A stretch of 64,000 bases of DNA from Eledone cirrhosa (taxonomy: Eukaryota). The notes below the pieces were generated by a model. The model did not search any database, was not told where the DNA came from, and saw only the letters and a list, made by a program, of their open reading frames with translations. Shown piece after piece: positions 15,824-29,864 of this stretch; position 1 is the first letter of the stretch, and every line of letters begins with the position of its first letter. The DNA lies in contig OZ024742.1 of assembly GCA_964016885.1 (NCBI GenBank), forward strand, positions 172,608,001-172,672,000. The letters are read 5' to 3'. The position numbers and the translations under genes are program-made.

Positions 15824-17421
15824 GGGGGGGGGTGCTTGTCTGAGAGCGCGTGCTTGTGTGATGACATCGAAATATCCGTGAGAACGGAAAGAATAGCTCT
15901 CTATTCAGTGTGTATATATATATAGAGAGAGAAAGAGAGATAATATGTGTGTGATAATATGTGTGAGTGATGTACCAGAGTGAAACATATATACACACTA
16001 GGGTCGATATAATCGATATTTTTTTCATGTCGATCAGGGTATGGTTGCAGTTGAAGAGCAAATCAAATATGTGAAAATTTACTTGAAACCTTCTCTAATA
16101 GACCTCAATTTCGTGGTTGCATCCTGGAAGTTGCTTTCTCAAACCAGAAACTATCGACACACTCTGATTCACAGTAATCAGTAACCACACAGAATAGCAT
16201 AGTCTCGGGTTCATCGACAAGTTTTCTGATTGTTCAAACAACGGAACAACATCTTCCTGATGTTAATTTGTAACGTCTGAACATGACGCAGTGACGTGTA
16301 CATTTAATATGATGGTAAACATATTCATCGTGACATAGATTGTTACAATGGCTCTTTTAGAATCATTACATGTTTCCAATTTCTGTCAGAAGGAGTAACA
16401 ATTACCGAAAATACCATACAATGCAATCGGACAAGGAGCATAATGTTTACAAAGTAAATTTCTAAGCCATCCGATAAGGTTGCATCAATTTCATGAAAAA
16501 CTGAAAGGAAATTAGTTGTTGACGCTGAGAGAAGGTTTCCACTTCATAATGTGTACACTTCATATAGATATCTGAACCGAATCCCTGTTTCTCACACGTA
16601 TCATACATAGTAAAGAAGATTCCTGGTCTGTACTGGTGTTATATTCTATAGGTAAAACAACAGCATATCAAAATTAAATGTTATCTTAAGTCTAGGACTT
16701 CTTCGACCACAAACGATGAACAATTATGTCATATGACAACTATTATGTCATATGACAACTATATGGCACATTAAATTTAGCGTACAACATTATACTTCAC
16801 ATGGACGGTTCAGTAACATTGACTAGTGTGGGACTTGGTTGCAATTATCTCGCTTGACTCAACACCATTTTTGAAGGTGAAACTTCATTAGTTGCCCCGA
16901 GACCTCAAATATATGAACGAGTGAAAGTGAGTTGAAGGAAAAAATACCAAGAACAAAAAGAATGACTAAAGTCAGTACCAGTGAACGATGAGGAGGGCAG
17001 AAGATTCGACTCCAGTTGTTGACAAGTATTTGTCATGAAAAAGCAGCGAACAGCCTTTAAATCAACACAAGGGTTTCCATATTTCACAAGTGCATATATT
17101 CCGTATTGAGGTGTATTTTAACTAATTCCCCATCAAGTATCTAGAGTTATTTCCTGTATAGTAATGTTTACATTGACACAACATTTAACATTTAACATCT
17201 TCACAAATGCTTCATTCGCCAATTGCTTGTTAACACACACGCACACGCACACACAGACACACCTATATATATATATTTATTTAAACACACACTCGCAAAC
17301 ACGCATACACAGCCAGATAGGCAGACAAACACGCATATACAGTATATAGGTGTGTATATATGCACATTTATATATCAATCTTTCTCTCTCTATATATATA
17401 TATATCTATCTATACATACAC

Positions 17422-17519
<98 letters not shown>

Positions 17520-17716
17520 ATATATATATATATATATACATATATATACACACAGTTCAAGAGTAACCAATCTTAAAGTGAGAGATGGAGGTAGGTGAGG
17601 AGATAGGAGAGGAGAGATTGATGAATTAGTTAGAAGCCAAAGCGTAAAGGCATGTGTTCAATGTGCAATATACAGTGGAAAGCAGCTAGGTGGCTGGGTA
17701 CAGCAAACAGATATGT

Positions 17717-19991
17717 ATTTACCACTTTCAAGAACCCCACACACAACACCCTGCTGGACTCTTTTGAGAAAGATCTATTCAACTTCGTCAGGAGCATTAC
17801 ATTCAAAAAGCATTATAGACACAAGAATAATTTCCTCACAAAATTAGCAACAACTATAAAAGAATTTAAAGATAGCCACCTCATACATGTTATGTCTGAC
17901 AAAACTAAAAATCTATACACCATGACTCCTGAAACTTACAACTCTTTCCTTCTTAAGGAACTTAATAACAACTATAAAAAAAACTACAACCTCCAGTGTA
18001 AACGTACTTAACCGAAAAGCCCAGGCTTTGGTTAAGTACTTGCATCTGGATATATTTACCCGCCCTTATGTACCAACAACCCCAAGGTTCTTTATCAAAG
18101 ATCATAAGCTAAACTTTATAGAGAACACATCTATTAAACTTTTAAGCCCAACCACATCAGACTTGGGTCGTATCAGCAAGAACATCCTTGATAGGATCAT
18201 CCCTGGGCTACGGGATGATATCACCTACAAGTTGTGGACCAACACCGGCCAAGTCATTAGATGGTTCTCCGATCTAAGGTCCAAGCAATCTATGAGGCTC
18301 ATCCAATTTGACATTGACAGCTATTCCGCTTCAATAACCACGGAACTGATCAACAATGCATTAACCCTAGCCAGCACCAACTCGGACATAACCAATAATG
18401 AAATCGACATCATACTTATGGCTAGGCAGACCATCATTGAATTCAACGGAACACACTGGACTAGAAAAGACGGAAGAGGCAACTTTGACAACACGATGGG
18501 TTCAAGTGACTCTGCGCAAATCACCGATGTAGGTGGAATTTACCTATTAGATAACATCAGAGCCGAAATCGAACCCGTGCAAGTCGACAATTGCACTAAT
18601 CGGGGCATTGATTTGCTCAAAAAACAATTACATAGATTCTTTAAAGATAACGGTCTCTCTATCACCATCGAGCCGAACCATAAAGTAGTAAACTTCCTAG
18701 ACGTCACTCTTGATCTTAACAATAACCTATATTACATTTACCATAAACCAGGTGAAATACTTACATATATTAGCCCACACTCTAACCACCCACCGGCAGT
18801 CATCAGAGCAGTAATCAAATATATCTCGTATAGGATCTCCATGCTATCAGCAAATGAGGAGATATTTATAAACCATGCACCATATTATAATAAGACTCTT
18901 TCTGAATCTGGTTATGAACAATCCATTTACTACATACCTAAATGCAATAACACAGCAATTCACCATAATAAACTTAACACTAGAACAACAAATACCTTAG
19001 CATATAGCCAGATTCGCCGGAATTTTAGCAGTTACAGCACTTATACAGGGAACTTTAATGGTGGCAGCGGCCTGCTCCCCACTCCAAGTAGCAAACTAAA
19101 AATCAACCCTAGAATAGGAATGAGCAATGGGATGACAAATAACAAATGCCCAGGTAATAATAACCCTATGAAGGTCCCTACCAACTCCACTAGAACCACT
19201 AGAAGAAATATGCCTAGAAATATCACCTTGTTTAATCTAATCTAGCCACTGATATCCATAAACGCTTCTTCTCTATCCTATCTAAACATCCCCCCCCCCA
19301 ACCATATATATTCAAACTCTTTAATAAAAATAAGATTAAAATCTTATTCTCCACAACACATAACCTAGCTAGCCACATCCAATTCAGTAACCATCATAAA
19401 CAAAGAGAGTATAACTCCCACACCGCGGTACCAGCACCCCTATCAAATACACCACGCCACTACACCAATACTTACTCAAGTAGCACACCTCCCCATCTAA
19501 TCCTTCGAACACTGACCAACCGCTTAAACTAGCCTACTCTCACTAACCACAGAAGCAACTGCAACTGCCGTTACCCGAATGCATGCCCACTAAATGGACA
19601 CTGCCTGACACCCAACATAGTCTATAGGTGCACGGTTAAAACTGCTTCGATTACCAGCTCCTATATCAGGTCTACCTCTAACTCTTGTAAGATACGCTAT
19701 GACGCGCACTCGTTTTCCTTCCAAGACCCTAACAACATATGTTTGACATCTCTAGCTAGGCTCATTAAAAACCTTAAATTAACCAACATTGAACACTCAC
19801 TAACTTGGGATATCTTAGCTATGGCCCAACCGTTCAATGGACGAAGAAAATCTTGTGATCTCTGTATTACCGAACTATATCACATAACTCTATCACGACC
19901 TCTACCGATTAACGATAGAACGGAGGTAACTATTAGCTGTCAACATCGAAGGGCTAATTCCTTCGGCAACAGGATATTTGAGCCAAAATAG
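17717..19991 (+). pseudogene. PLE RT plus GIY-YIG endonuclease, frameshifted
   Basis: SDKT, IKDHK.NF, QFDID, TMGS.D.A, VNFLDVTLDL, SNHPP, CNC..CPL.GHC, CDLC..E motifs; YRDD region deleted. Confidence 0.9.
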
Positions 19992-20369
19992 TCATATAGC
20001 CCCATTTTTACTTGTAGCTAATAAGTTAAATAGCTATAACTAACTCAGATAATTATAAGTTACCTCCCCTACATTGTCTCTCAATAAAACAAATTAAAAT
20101 TTAGCACTTAACTATAAACTACACACAATTTCTAATCTCCCGAGGAGTTACTTCCCCTGAATCCACCCTCTAATTAGTAAGGTAAATATGTCCAATGGCG
20201 GCCATCGTGTTACCCATAGGCAGATCCCACACAATGCAGCCTCGACAGAATAATACTGCTTGATTATGGCAGACAATTCATACACCCAGAACACCATAGT
20301 GAAATACCAATATATGGAACATTACATTATGTAACATTCTTTCCTTAATTTAATTTATATTTCTTTGAA

Positions 20370-20488
20370 GTTCCGATGTGCCGCTCTATCTTTAATTATG
20401 TTAATTACTTTCAACTGAACCAGATCAATAATGATATATAGTCATTTGATCCAGAAATATTATATGGAGTAGCGAAACAATTGTAAAC
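20370..20488 (+). ncRNA. decayed long-stem-II HHR
   Basis: GTT-CCGATGT-GCCGCTCTAT...ATGGAGTAGC-GAAA-CAATTG-TA-AAC; two core mismatches against CTGATGA. Confidence 0.5.
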
Positions 20489-20530
20489 GGACATTATCAT
20501 TATTAATATTATTATTTATTATTCTCTACA

Positions 20531-20723
20531 GGCGGTGGATTGGCAGTATCAGTAGAGGGTCGGACGCCATGCTTTCTAGCATAGTTACGTCCCTTCACGA
20601 TCTGAGTTCAAATCCCGCCGAGGTTGACTTTGCCTTTCATCCTTACCTTGTCGATAACATTAAGTACCAGTAAAGCACTGGGATAATAGCTGGCCTTGTG
20701 CCTAAATTAGAGACAATTATTAT
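20531..20723 (+). mobile_element. full-length tRNA-derived SINE
   Basis: GGCGGTGGATTGGCAG start, B box GAGTTCAAATCC, core, ATTATTATT tail. Confidence 0.9.
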
Positions 20724-20815
20724 TTTCTACATTTCTTACATCAAACTAAAATATGTTGACATTCTTTTAATAATGTCTTCTTTGTGATCTTTGTGGTCTT
20801 GTTTTTCTTAACTAA

Positions 20816-20852
<37 letters not shown>

Positions 20853-22275
20853 GTGGGGCGGGGAGTGTGTGTTTCTATGTCAGCGTGTGTATGTATGTTG
20901 GGTTTTTTATTATTTTTATGCAAGTGATATTCTTCACCAATAAATTCTCACTAAACTTTTTCATAAATCGAATTGTTATTTACTGACTTTTCGGAACTGG
21001 TTAGCAGATATAATCCATAATGTATTTAAGTAGCAAGATGTCTGACTGTCACTATTTACTGCTACAGGCAAAGACAAAAATGAAAAACATATCATTTACA
21101 TTTTATATGTGTCGATAGAATGGAATTACTTTCTCTCTTCTCAATATAGACGGAATCTTATTTGAAAGCTATCTCTAATCATGTTTTTTCCTCTTGAGAA
21201 ATGTAAAGCCTGAAAGAATGAAAAAGTTTTATACTCAAGAGTAATGTTGAATTTCGTCGTGTACGAATGTCATCATGCTTTGATAAACTAGACTTGCAAA
21301 CTTAATGAATCTGTCTTGTACGTGAGATCGGAATTTTCAACAACAACTAAAGGAGGTAAGATGTATATTGTTCTCATATAATCGTTAATGTAATCGATTT
21401 CGAGATTATCATTGACTCACAAAATTAAAACCAGTAACAAAGGGGGGAAATTATGGAATGAACGGGCCTCCGTTAGTTAAGACGATGAATATTCCAGTTG
21501 CCCATGCAACGAAACAACCTTGTCTTGTCTTCTCAGAAATTTACCAGATAAGTTGCTGTGTTTTATACAAACACAGGTACCTTCAACGATTCTGAGGCAG
21601 CTTCGTCTTGATACAATGTGTGATAAATGATATCATTGTATGACAGATATAGTCCATCTGACGATACGCACAGTTTACAACTACATTTAAGCAGGAGAAA
21701 CGAGCCTAGTGAGGTGGAATGCCTTATGCAGGATGTATCGCTGAATATTCTTGCACTATTGTGTTGCTTTGTTTTCTGCATATCAAATCAAGGCGTATAC
21801 CTTCCTACTAAGTGTTTCGAATTGCCCCAGCGAACAACAACTATATTTTGTTTTCATTTTTCTTTCCTTCTTTTAATTATATTACATTTTTGTAATTATA
21901 TCATGAATATATCTGGAAAGTAAACAAATACAATCTCTCTGTAATAAAATAGGACATGACTTGGACATTTTAAAGCTGAAAGATCCAATCCTCTAGATCT
22001 GCACCCAACTAATTCTTACCAAAATATCAAATCGTGGTGTGAATAAGTTATGCCTAGAAGGAAGGTTGGTTGGTAAGAGAAGCAGAGTCCCGCATCCAAA
22101 ATGATGGCCTGATAATGTTAACTCTGCTGTTGCGGATCGAACTTTGTGGAGAAAAATATCTCATGATAATGCGCAGTCTACAACTGGCGAAGTAAATGGC
22201 TAGAGAGAATTTTTACCACGTAATGGAAACATGGAGAGACAGACAGAGGTAAAGAGCCAGAAAAAACATGTAGAC

Positions 22276-22408
<133 letters not shown>

Positions 22409-23302
22409 GAGAGAGAGAGAACACTATGCAACTGGTACTAAATTTCTTCACCTAGGAATGAAGAAAATGATAGTTGACTTCAGTGAGAGCCGTACCAATT
22501 AACGCAAAACATTCAATCCGGCCTTAGAATAACTTTGTACCGCAGCGCCTAATTGTTATGCATATTGTTCAACGATTTAGCGAATCTGTTCATCCGTTGC
22601 CTTTTATGAAATAATACAAGTATTGTTGTTGCTTTTAAATAACTACATTACATAGTATAAATTATATGTTAACAATATTAACTATCTATAATAATGTAGT
22701 TCTAATGCATATTACTGAAAATAAATAACGAATAATATAATAAGATCCAAAGCTTATTCATTTATAAACTTTTTCTATTTTTTTAAACCTAAATTATAAA
22801 ATAAGTGTAAAACAATTTAAATACTATGTTTATTTACATTCTTTCTGTGTTGATAATAGAGATAAAGAAATATTTTCTAATTCTAATTAAGAGTTATCAA
22901 TAATATAATCTTATGAAAATCAGTTAAGAAGACTTTAGTATCAATCTCTTTTCTTCAGTTCTAATAATCGAATGTAATAGACATGATGTCTCCAGAAAAA
23001 ACATCATTTTTTTTTTCTGTGTTAATATTTGTAACACTTATTTTCTCTAATATACAAAGTCATTGACATCCGAATCGGATTCATTACAATTGTCTTTAAT
23101 TATAAATAGAGTCATCAGTTGAAATAATAACAAAAAATATAGATTTTGTAATGGGAGATTTATCGAATTAAATACTTTGTCTTGACAAAAATTATAAATG
23201 GTGAATTGTAATTATATATATAAAGTGGTAATTGAAGTTTATAACATTCACTAAATATGATAGGAATATTAGTTTTGTTTTGGTGTAAATATATATTTGT
23301 AC

Positions 23303-23355
<53 letters not shown>

Positions 23356-23356
23356 C

Positions 23357-23393
<37 letters not shown>

Positions 23394-23404
23394 CTATATA
23401 TATA

Positions 23405-23562
<158 letters not shown>

Positions 23563-24818
23563 TTGGGGTATTAAGTTGATATTGTATTTATTGTTCAAAT
23601 ATTTGTATTGTTCTGATTGTATTCATACATCCTCAGTAATTAATTTATCGTTACAAAATATCTATAATTTCACATTTAACTCTATCAAATGCTTAAGGAA
23701 ATCTGTGTCGTATTATGTTTCGTCGGCTTACCTCAAAACTCGTTGCATCAATAGGAAATATGACGTCGATAGAATATATTTCAACATATTTAGACCTTGT
23801 ACATTATCAGTAATTCAGGAAATGATAAATAACAATCTGCAGTAAAGAGGTATACCAAAACATATCCGCACTGGATTACTTCACTGCCTTTTTATGCTAA
23901 AAACACTAGTCCCCAAATTTCCAAGTCTATCTAATTTAACTTTGACCAGATTATAATAATAATGAAATTATTGTGTATATCACAGACCAAACACGAAAAA
24001 ATATGTTCATTCGTGAATACAAACCACATCTGAATAAACTATAACGAAAAACATTTCCGAAGAATTATTCACACACACACTCACACACACGCAAGCGCGC
24101 ACTCCGACACACACACGCGCAAAGACACACACACAAACACATGCATGTAACATACATGCTAATTTTAGTAATGGAATTATTGTAAATACTGTTAGTCCCA
24201 TTATGGTTAACACATAGCCTACTGTTCCCAAATGGAGTAGAGGACAAATCGCAACCCGTACATGCACACCCATACTTAATTACACTACTACTTCATTTTG
24301 GCGGTGGAAAAATTATTATGTTTTTTTAATTATCACGAAAGCCATCATATTCTGACGTAGCAGGATAAAAATAAAGTATTTCTAAACACACATACAAACA
24401 CAATTGTGGCGCACAAAGAAGCAAATAAAATCCTGTGCCTAACCATGTGCTCATCCAAAACCAATCCCATTGTTCCTTTAACCGATAGCACTCTGAGCCG
24501 ATTTTTTTAGCATAAAAGTGAAAGAAATTTCCCAAAACATAAGATGACATCTTCACATAGGAACACATCTCTACATCTCACTTAACGTTTCAAAATAATT
24601 CCGGCATGAAACCACAACAATTATAATTAATAACTCTCCTTACAGACTCCAATTGCATTTTCACCTTTTTTTCCTTATATTTTTACCTGTGTGGGATGTA
24701 TATATAAATAAGACTTTTCGACACTAGGGCATAACATTACAATTGATACAAATCTTGCAAATGCAAGTTCCCTTGGTGTAATCTTAGACCTATATTTAGA
24801 GAGAGGTAGAGAGGAATA

Positions 24819-24856
<38 letters not shown>

Positions 24857-25036
24857 CATGTTTTAACGGTCTATTCCCACGTGCTTCGCTCTGCTAAATC
24901 TTTAGCCCGCTAAATATTAACACTTCGAATATTTAATACTGCTGGCACTAGTATCGAGCACCTTTGGCATACGCTACTTGGCAAATAACTATATGTATCA
25001 CCTATCCCCCTTTTTTTCTCTTTCTCGATACGTAAA

Positions 25037-25191
<155 letters not shown>

Positions 25192-25202
25192 TATATATAT
25201 AT

Positions 25203-25272
<70 letters not shown>

Positions 25273-25696
25273 GTATAGTTAATGCGAAACATCGTGTGAT
25301 ATGTAGTAAAAGACTAATAGCTTTTAAATCCGATACTATACAGTAGAAATATACGAGTGGCAAATGACAAAGAAAACTAAACAAAACGCAGTAATGTTTT
25401 ATCCTATGTGTTTTAGCATGATATTTGAGGGCTCAAACCAACTTGACTGATGCGAAGCTGAAACAGTCCATGTCAAAACAAATGAACGATCGGAATTGTC
25501 ATCCTTAAGTTTTATATATGTTTACAAAACGCATGCTCACGTGTTGGTTCGTTACAGTAAACAGCAGTTTGACCTATTATTTAACTCTGGTTTTATATGC
25601 TGATGAACGTGGTCTCCTTAAATCATTAAAATCCCATATTCCTCTCAGTCGCCACGAGTTGATCTCAGTGTCTTGGCGACACCTGACAAGATATAT

Positions 25697-25907
<211 letters not shown>

Positions 25908-26038
25908 TATGTAGGAGGTGAGTTTTATTGTAGTACAATAAAGCAATGCAGAAATCGGATAAAAAGCACTCTACAGTTTGTAGGACTGGAGTATATATAA
26001 TATATAAGATCAAAAGATGGTTAAAGGAGTTCCATGTA

Positions 26039-26105
26039 TTTTATTATGCGCATTTCAAAAACAAACATCATCATGCAATAATATTTGTGTTTTCATCAGA
26101 TAAAA
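26039..26105 (-). ncRNA. type I hammerhead ribozyme, intact core
   Basis: TTTTAT-CTGATGA-(~12 bp stem II)-GAAA-TGCGCA-TA-ATAAAA. Confidence 0.85.
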
Positions 26106-26923
26106 CAGGAGGACATGATATGAAGGCTAAACAATACTTGTGAATAGTGCAGTTTTAAATCAACATATGAAAAGTAATTTTAGATTGATGTGTGATATTG
26201 GGAAAATATTTTGTTTAGAGAGGGGTGGTGGAAAGGATGAACAAAAGGGGAGGAGATGAGAGTGAAGGTGGAGAGGGAGAGATGGGTGATAGAGAGAACG
26301 AGATAGTTTTTATAACTGAGAAAAGATATATTGTTTTACATAGAGAGTTTGAAAACCGTTGGAAGATAATGTATGAATTAAAAGAATTTGAAAATTAACG
26401 AAGGGAAAAATATGTACGAAGAAGGAGAGGGAGTTAATATGTATTGAGATTAAAAAGTTTGATGATAGAGAGAAAAGAATAATGTATTGCGGATGAATAT
26501 TCTAACGTCAAAAAAAATTGTGTGTATGTTTACAAGTATTATGGAAATTTGAAAATTAACGAAGATAAAAAATTATTAAGGTTTGTGTATTGAAGAATTT
26601 GAGAAAAATAATGTGAAGTTAAGGTTTGTATATTGAAGGAATTGATAATATGTGCGAAGAAAGAGTTAATATGTATTAAGAATGAGTTAGATGATGGGGA
26701 GAAAAAAAATAATAAATTAAGGATGAATAATCTAGCGTCAAAAACAAATGTATATGTTACGAAGGATTTTACAAGGTGAAAATAGAGTGAGAGTAATGAG
26801 TAAACAAGTATTATAGAGTGTATAATACCATTTGAAGTAAGGTGGGAAGATGGGTATATTTAAAAAGAGGTGTATGTATATGTGCCTTTGAGAAAACATT
26901 CTAAATTGATAAAGAATTGAATA

Positions 26924-28077
26924 TTAGCTGTATACTTTGTGAAAAGTCTTATGGAATTCATGCAAGCAGATAGAAAACAAATCTGTACGTCTATTTATTA
27001 TAGAATCTAGATTAGAGATAATGGTAAATTTTTCATTTAGGCAGAGATTACAGATTTTAGATAGAGAGCTGTTCAAGTATGATGACGCAGAAGAAACCTT
27101 CTTCCAAAAGATGGTATATTTAATGTTTTTGTCTTTCAAGGACCATGTGAGTTCTGAGAGAGCAGTGTTGGTTCTTTTAAGTTTGTATTTAAAAGATGAA
27201 TGATGATTATGGAGACGAGCTTTAAAAGAGGTGGAAGTGGAGCCAAAATAGGTGAAGTAATTGGTGCTAGTTATAACATTACATTCATAAATTAAGTTTT
27301 TATCAAGACAATGGTTGTTGAGAGGACATTTATTTTTAATAGGGCAGTTGTAATTAGAGAGATTATTAATGAGTGACCTAGTGTTATCTATAGAAGGAAT
27401 TGGATTGGAGAAGTTGTTTTCGATAGGAATAATAGTTTCTTGATTTAGAGTTGGATTATGAACATTTAGCGAAGTTGCGTTTGACGTTGTATTTGGGTTT
27501 ACAGAAATTAGCCTAGGGTTTACAATGACGTCGGGAGTACTATTACTGTTATTATGAAATTCAGTGTTGGAAGGAAGAGATTTAGTATTTAGTATTTTAT
27601 TGTTGTGTTTAGAGATAATGTTGGAAATATTGGAGGATGTAGAATAAGAAAATGTTATGGTGTGTTTGTTAAATATTTTACTATAGATATGTGAGGGAGG
27701 GAAGCATTTATTTAAGGCACTAAAGAATAATTTAGGAATATTGTTATTAATAGAGATGGAGAAAGGAGCATTATACCAGATTATGTTTTTGTATCTAGGT
27801 CTTTTATTAAAGTTATTGGAATGATCATGATTAATTATTCTACTGTAAGTTTTTCTAGAATTTGTTTCTTTACTATATTTGATTTTATCAGGATAGCCGG
27901 CTTTAGAAAGTGCGTTATTATAGTAATTGGCGTTAGCATCAAAGATGTTTTTATTAGAAGATATGTTAGATATTCTTTTTCCAATATTACTAACTATAGC
28001 ATTCTTGATATTGGTAGGATGGTTAGATTTAAAGTTAACATAATTTAGGTTCTCATTGTTTTTATGGTAAGGGTAAT
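26924..28077 (-). CDS. PLE RT thumb plus GIY-YIG endonuclease (open, ~380 aa, 5' truncated)
   Basis: YVNFKSNHP, NIIWYNAPFS, CPL.NHCL..NLIY.C, YFGSTSTSFKAR..H, CNLCLNEK; the upstream part of the 554 aa ORF is microsatellite. Confidence 0.85.
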
Positions 28078-28104
28078 ATGTATATATATGTGTGTGTGTA
28101 TGTG

Positions 28105-28166
<62 letters not shown>

Positions 28167-28404
28167 TATGTGTGTATGTATATATATGTGTGTGTGTATG
28201 TATATATATGTGTGTGTGTATGTATGCGTGGGTGTGTGTATATATATGTGTATGTATATGTGTGTATATATATGTATGTACATATATATATATATATGTG
28301 TGTGTGTGTGTATATATGTATATATATATGTGTGTGTATGTGCATATATGTGTGTGTATGTGTGTATGTATATGTATGTGTGTGTGTATGTATGTGTGCA
28401 TATG

Positions 28405-28435
<31 letters not shown>

Positions 28436-28484
28436 ATGTGTGTATGTATGTGTGGATGAAGGTATGTGTGTATATATAGGTGTA

Positions 28485-28925
28485 AGTGCACTAAATCCCT
28501 TTCTATCAATCTCCCCTCTCCTACCGAGCACAAGAAGATATATGTATGTATATTGCTTCCACCCCCTCACTGACCAGCAGCTGGCCATCTGGCCATTGCT
28601 AAATTTGACCTATATAAAATAACACACACCCCAAATAACTTCTCATTCACTACCAGAAGCAGTCAACGAGCTGCTACCAAGATGAAAACTACTATGAAAT
28701 CCCACAATGAATTCTATACTTGAATTTTCAAATCTCAAATTTTAACTCTTCTTATTATTAATTTTTCTTAATATTAATCAACATTTAAAAAATAGCTTTT
28801 GCAGACCCATCGAAACCGGTCATTTTTTATACCCTTTATTATTTCCTTACCTTATAATATTATATGTTTTTTCACAAAAAAGTATTCTGTCTCTTATATA
28901 TTCCATGTGCCATTACCAACCTCAA
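28485..28925 (+). mobile_element. probable PLE-type terminal remnant
   Basis: C/A-rich segment between microsatellites with HHR 3' half CGAAACCGGTC at ~28811; 5' core not recognisable. Confidence 0.35.
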
Positions 28926-29246
28926 TTTTCTCTCTCTCTCTATATATATATATATATGTATATATATGTATATATATAGCGGCGATGAATTAGTTTAGCG
29001 AGGTTTTTTATATGAAATCGTGTGTCGAAACAAATATTGTTATACTTGGGGAGGGTCATATATGTGTAATATTGCCAGAATTAATAACAGAACACACTCA
29101 CTGTTTGGTTGGTTTTCGCTTCTCGCTGAATTTTATATCTGCAATCTAGCTTACTCGGTCCTCAATGTTGCCATTGACTCACCGACGGTCAAATATATTA
29201 CAGATACAATATAGACATAAACACATATATATAGTTTACATAATTT

Positions 29247-29287
29247 ACATAAATCTTTCGTTGCACATCTGCAACATCGTCAGTGGT
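29247..29287 (-). ncRNA. family C HHR-like motif (inverted arm copy)
   Basis: Reverse complement of 32113-32153. Confidence 0.55.
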
Positions 29288-29864
29288 GTTATATTTTCCT
29301 CCTGTTGTGTTGTATGTCTACGCCATTCTTTATTCAGTCTGTCTATATATTTATTTATTTATTTGCTTGTTTGTTTATTTTATTTTGTCTTCTTTGCGCA
29401 TGCGTTTGCGTGTGTGTATAGTGTTATGTTTGCTGTGTGACTAGTGTGTATAGTGTTGTGTTTGCTTGGTGACTAGTGTGTGTTTATGTGCTTGTGGTTA
29501 TTGTGCTTGTGTATATATTTATTTATCTTATTTTATTTACTTATTTATACTTCTCTTAGGTCAGTGTTGTTTGTTTGGGTTTTGTTGCTATTCCACTCAT
29601 TCTTTCTGTTTAGCTTTGGTCTTCTAATTTCTATTTCACTAGCCTCTCTGATTTGCCTATCTGCTGGGTCATTTCTATGTTTAGATATTATTCTAATTTC
29701 TATGTTGTCTATGTTACCGTCATGTTGTTGTCTAGCATGTTCGTATAGTACTGACCCGTTTTTTCGTCCTTTTAGTTCCCTCCTGTGTTGGTCTATCCTT
29801 TCACCTATGCTACCAGCTGCCTCAACAAACACACGATGGGAGAGAAACAATCCTCAACGCTCAC

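Larger units (their letters stand above)
17553..20495 (+). mobile_element. Penelope-like retroelement, tentatively Nematis-like, degenerate
   Basis: RT and C-terminal GIY-YIG ORF fragments, ~500 bp 3' region ending in a decayed HHR; (TA)n at the left flank. Confidence 0.9.
25910..28077 (-). mobile_element. 5'-truncated PLE (family B, Nematis-like) with 3' UTR, HHR and tail
   Basis: Coding remnant 28077-26924, UTR with diverged internal repeats (26384-26760), terminus homologous to 37229-37488; microsatellites on both sides. Confidence 0.9.

Noticed and set aside
21563-21781. Possible host exon with AG/GT borders
   Set aside because: No recognisable protein similarity, weak acceptor and no partner exons
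28078-28588. N-terminal third of the 554 aa ORF as a His/Thr-rich domain
   Set aside because: It is the flanking microsatellite, in frame by chance with the truncated PLE
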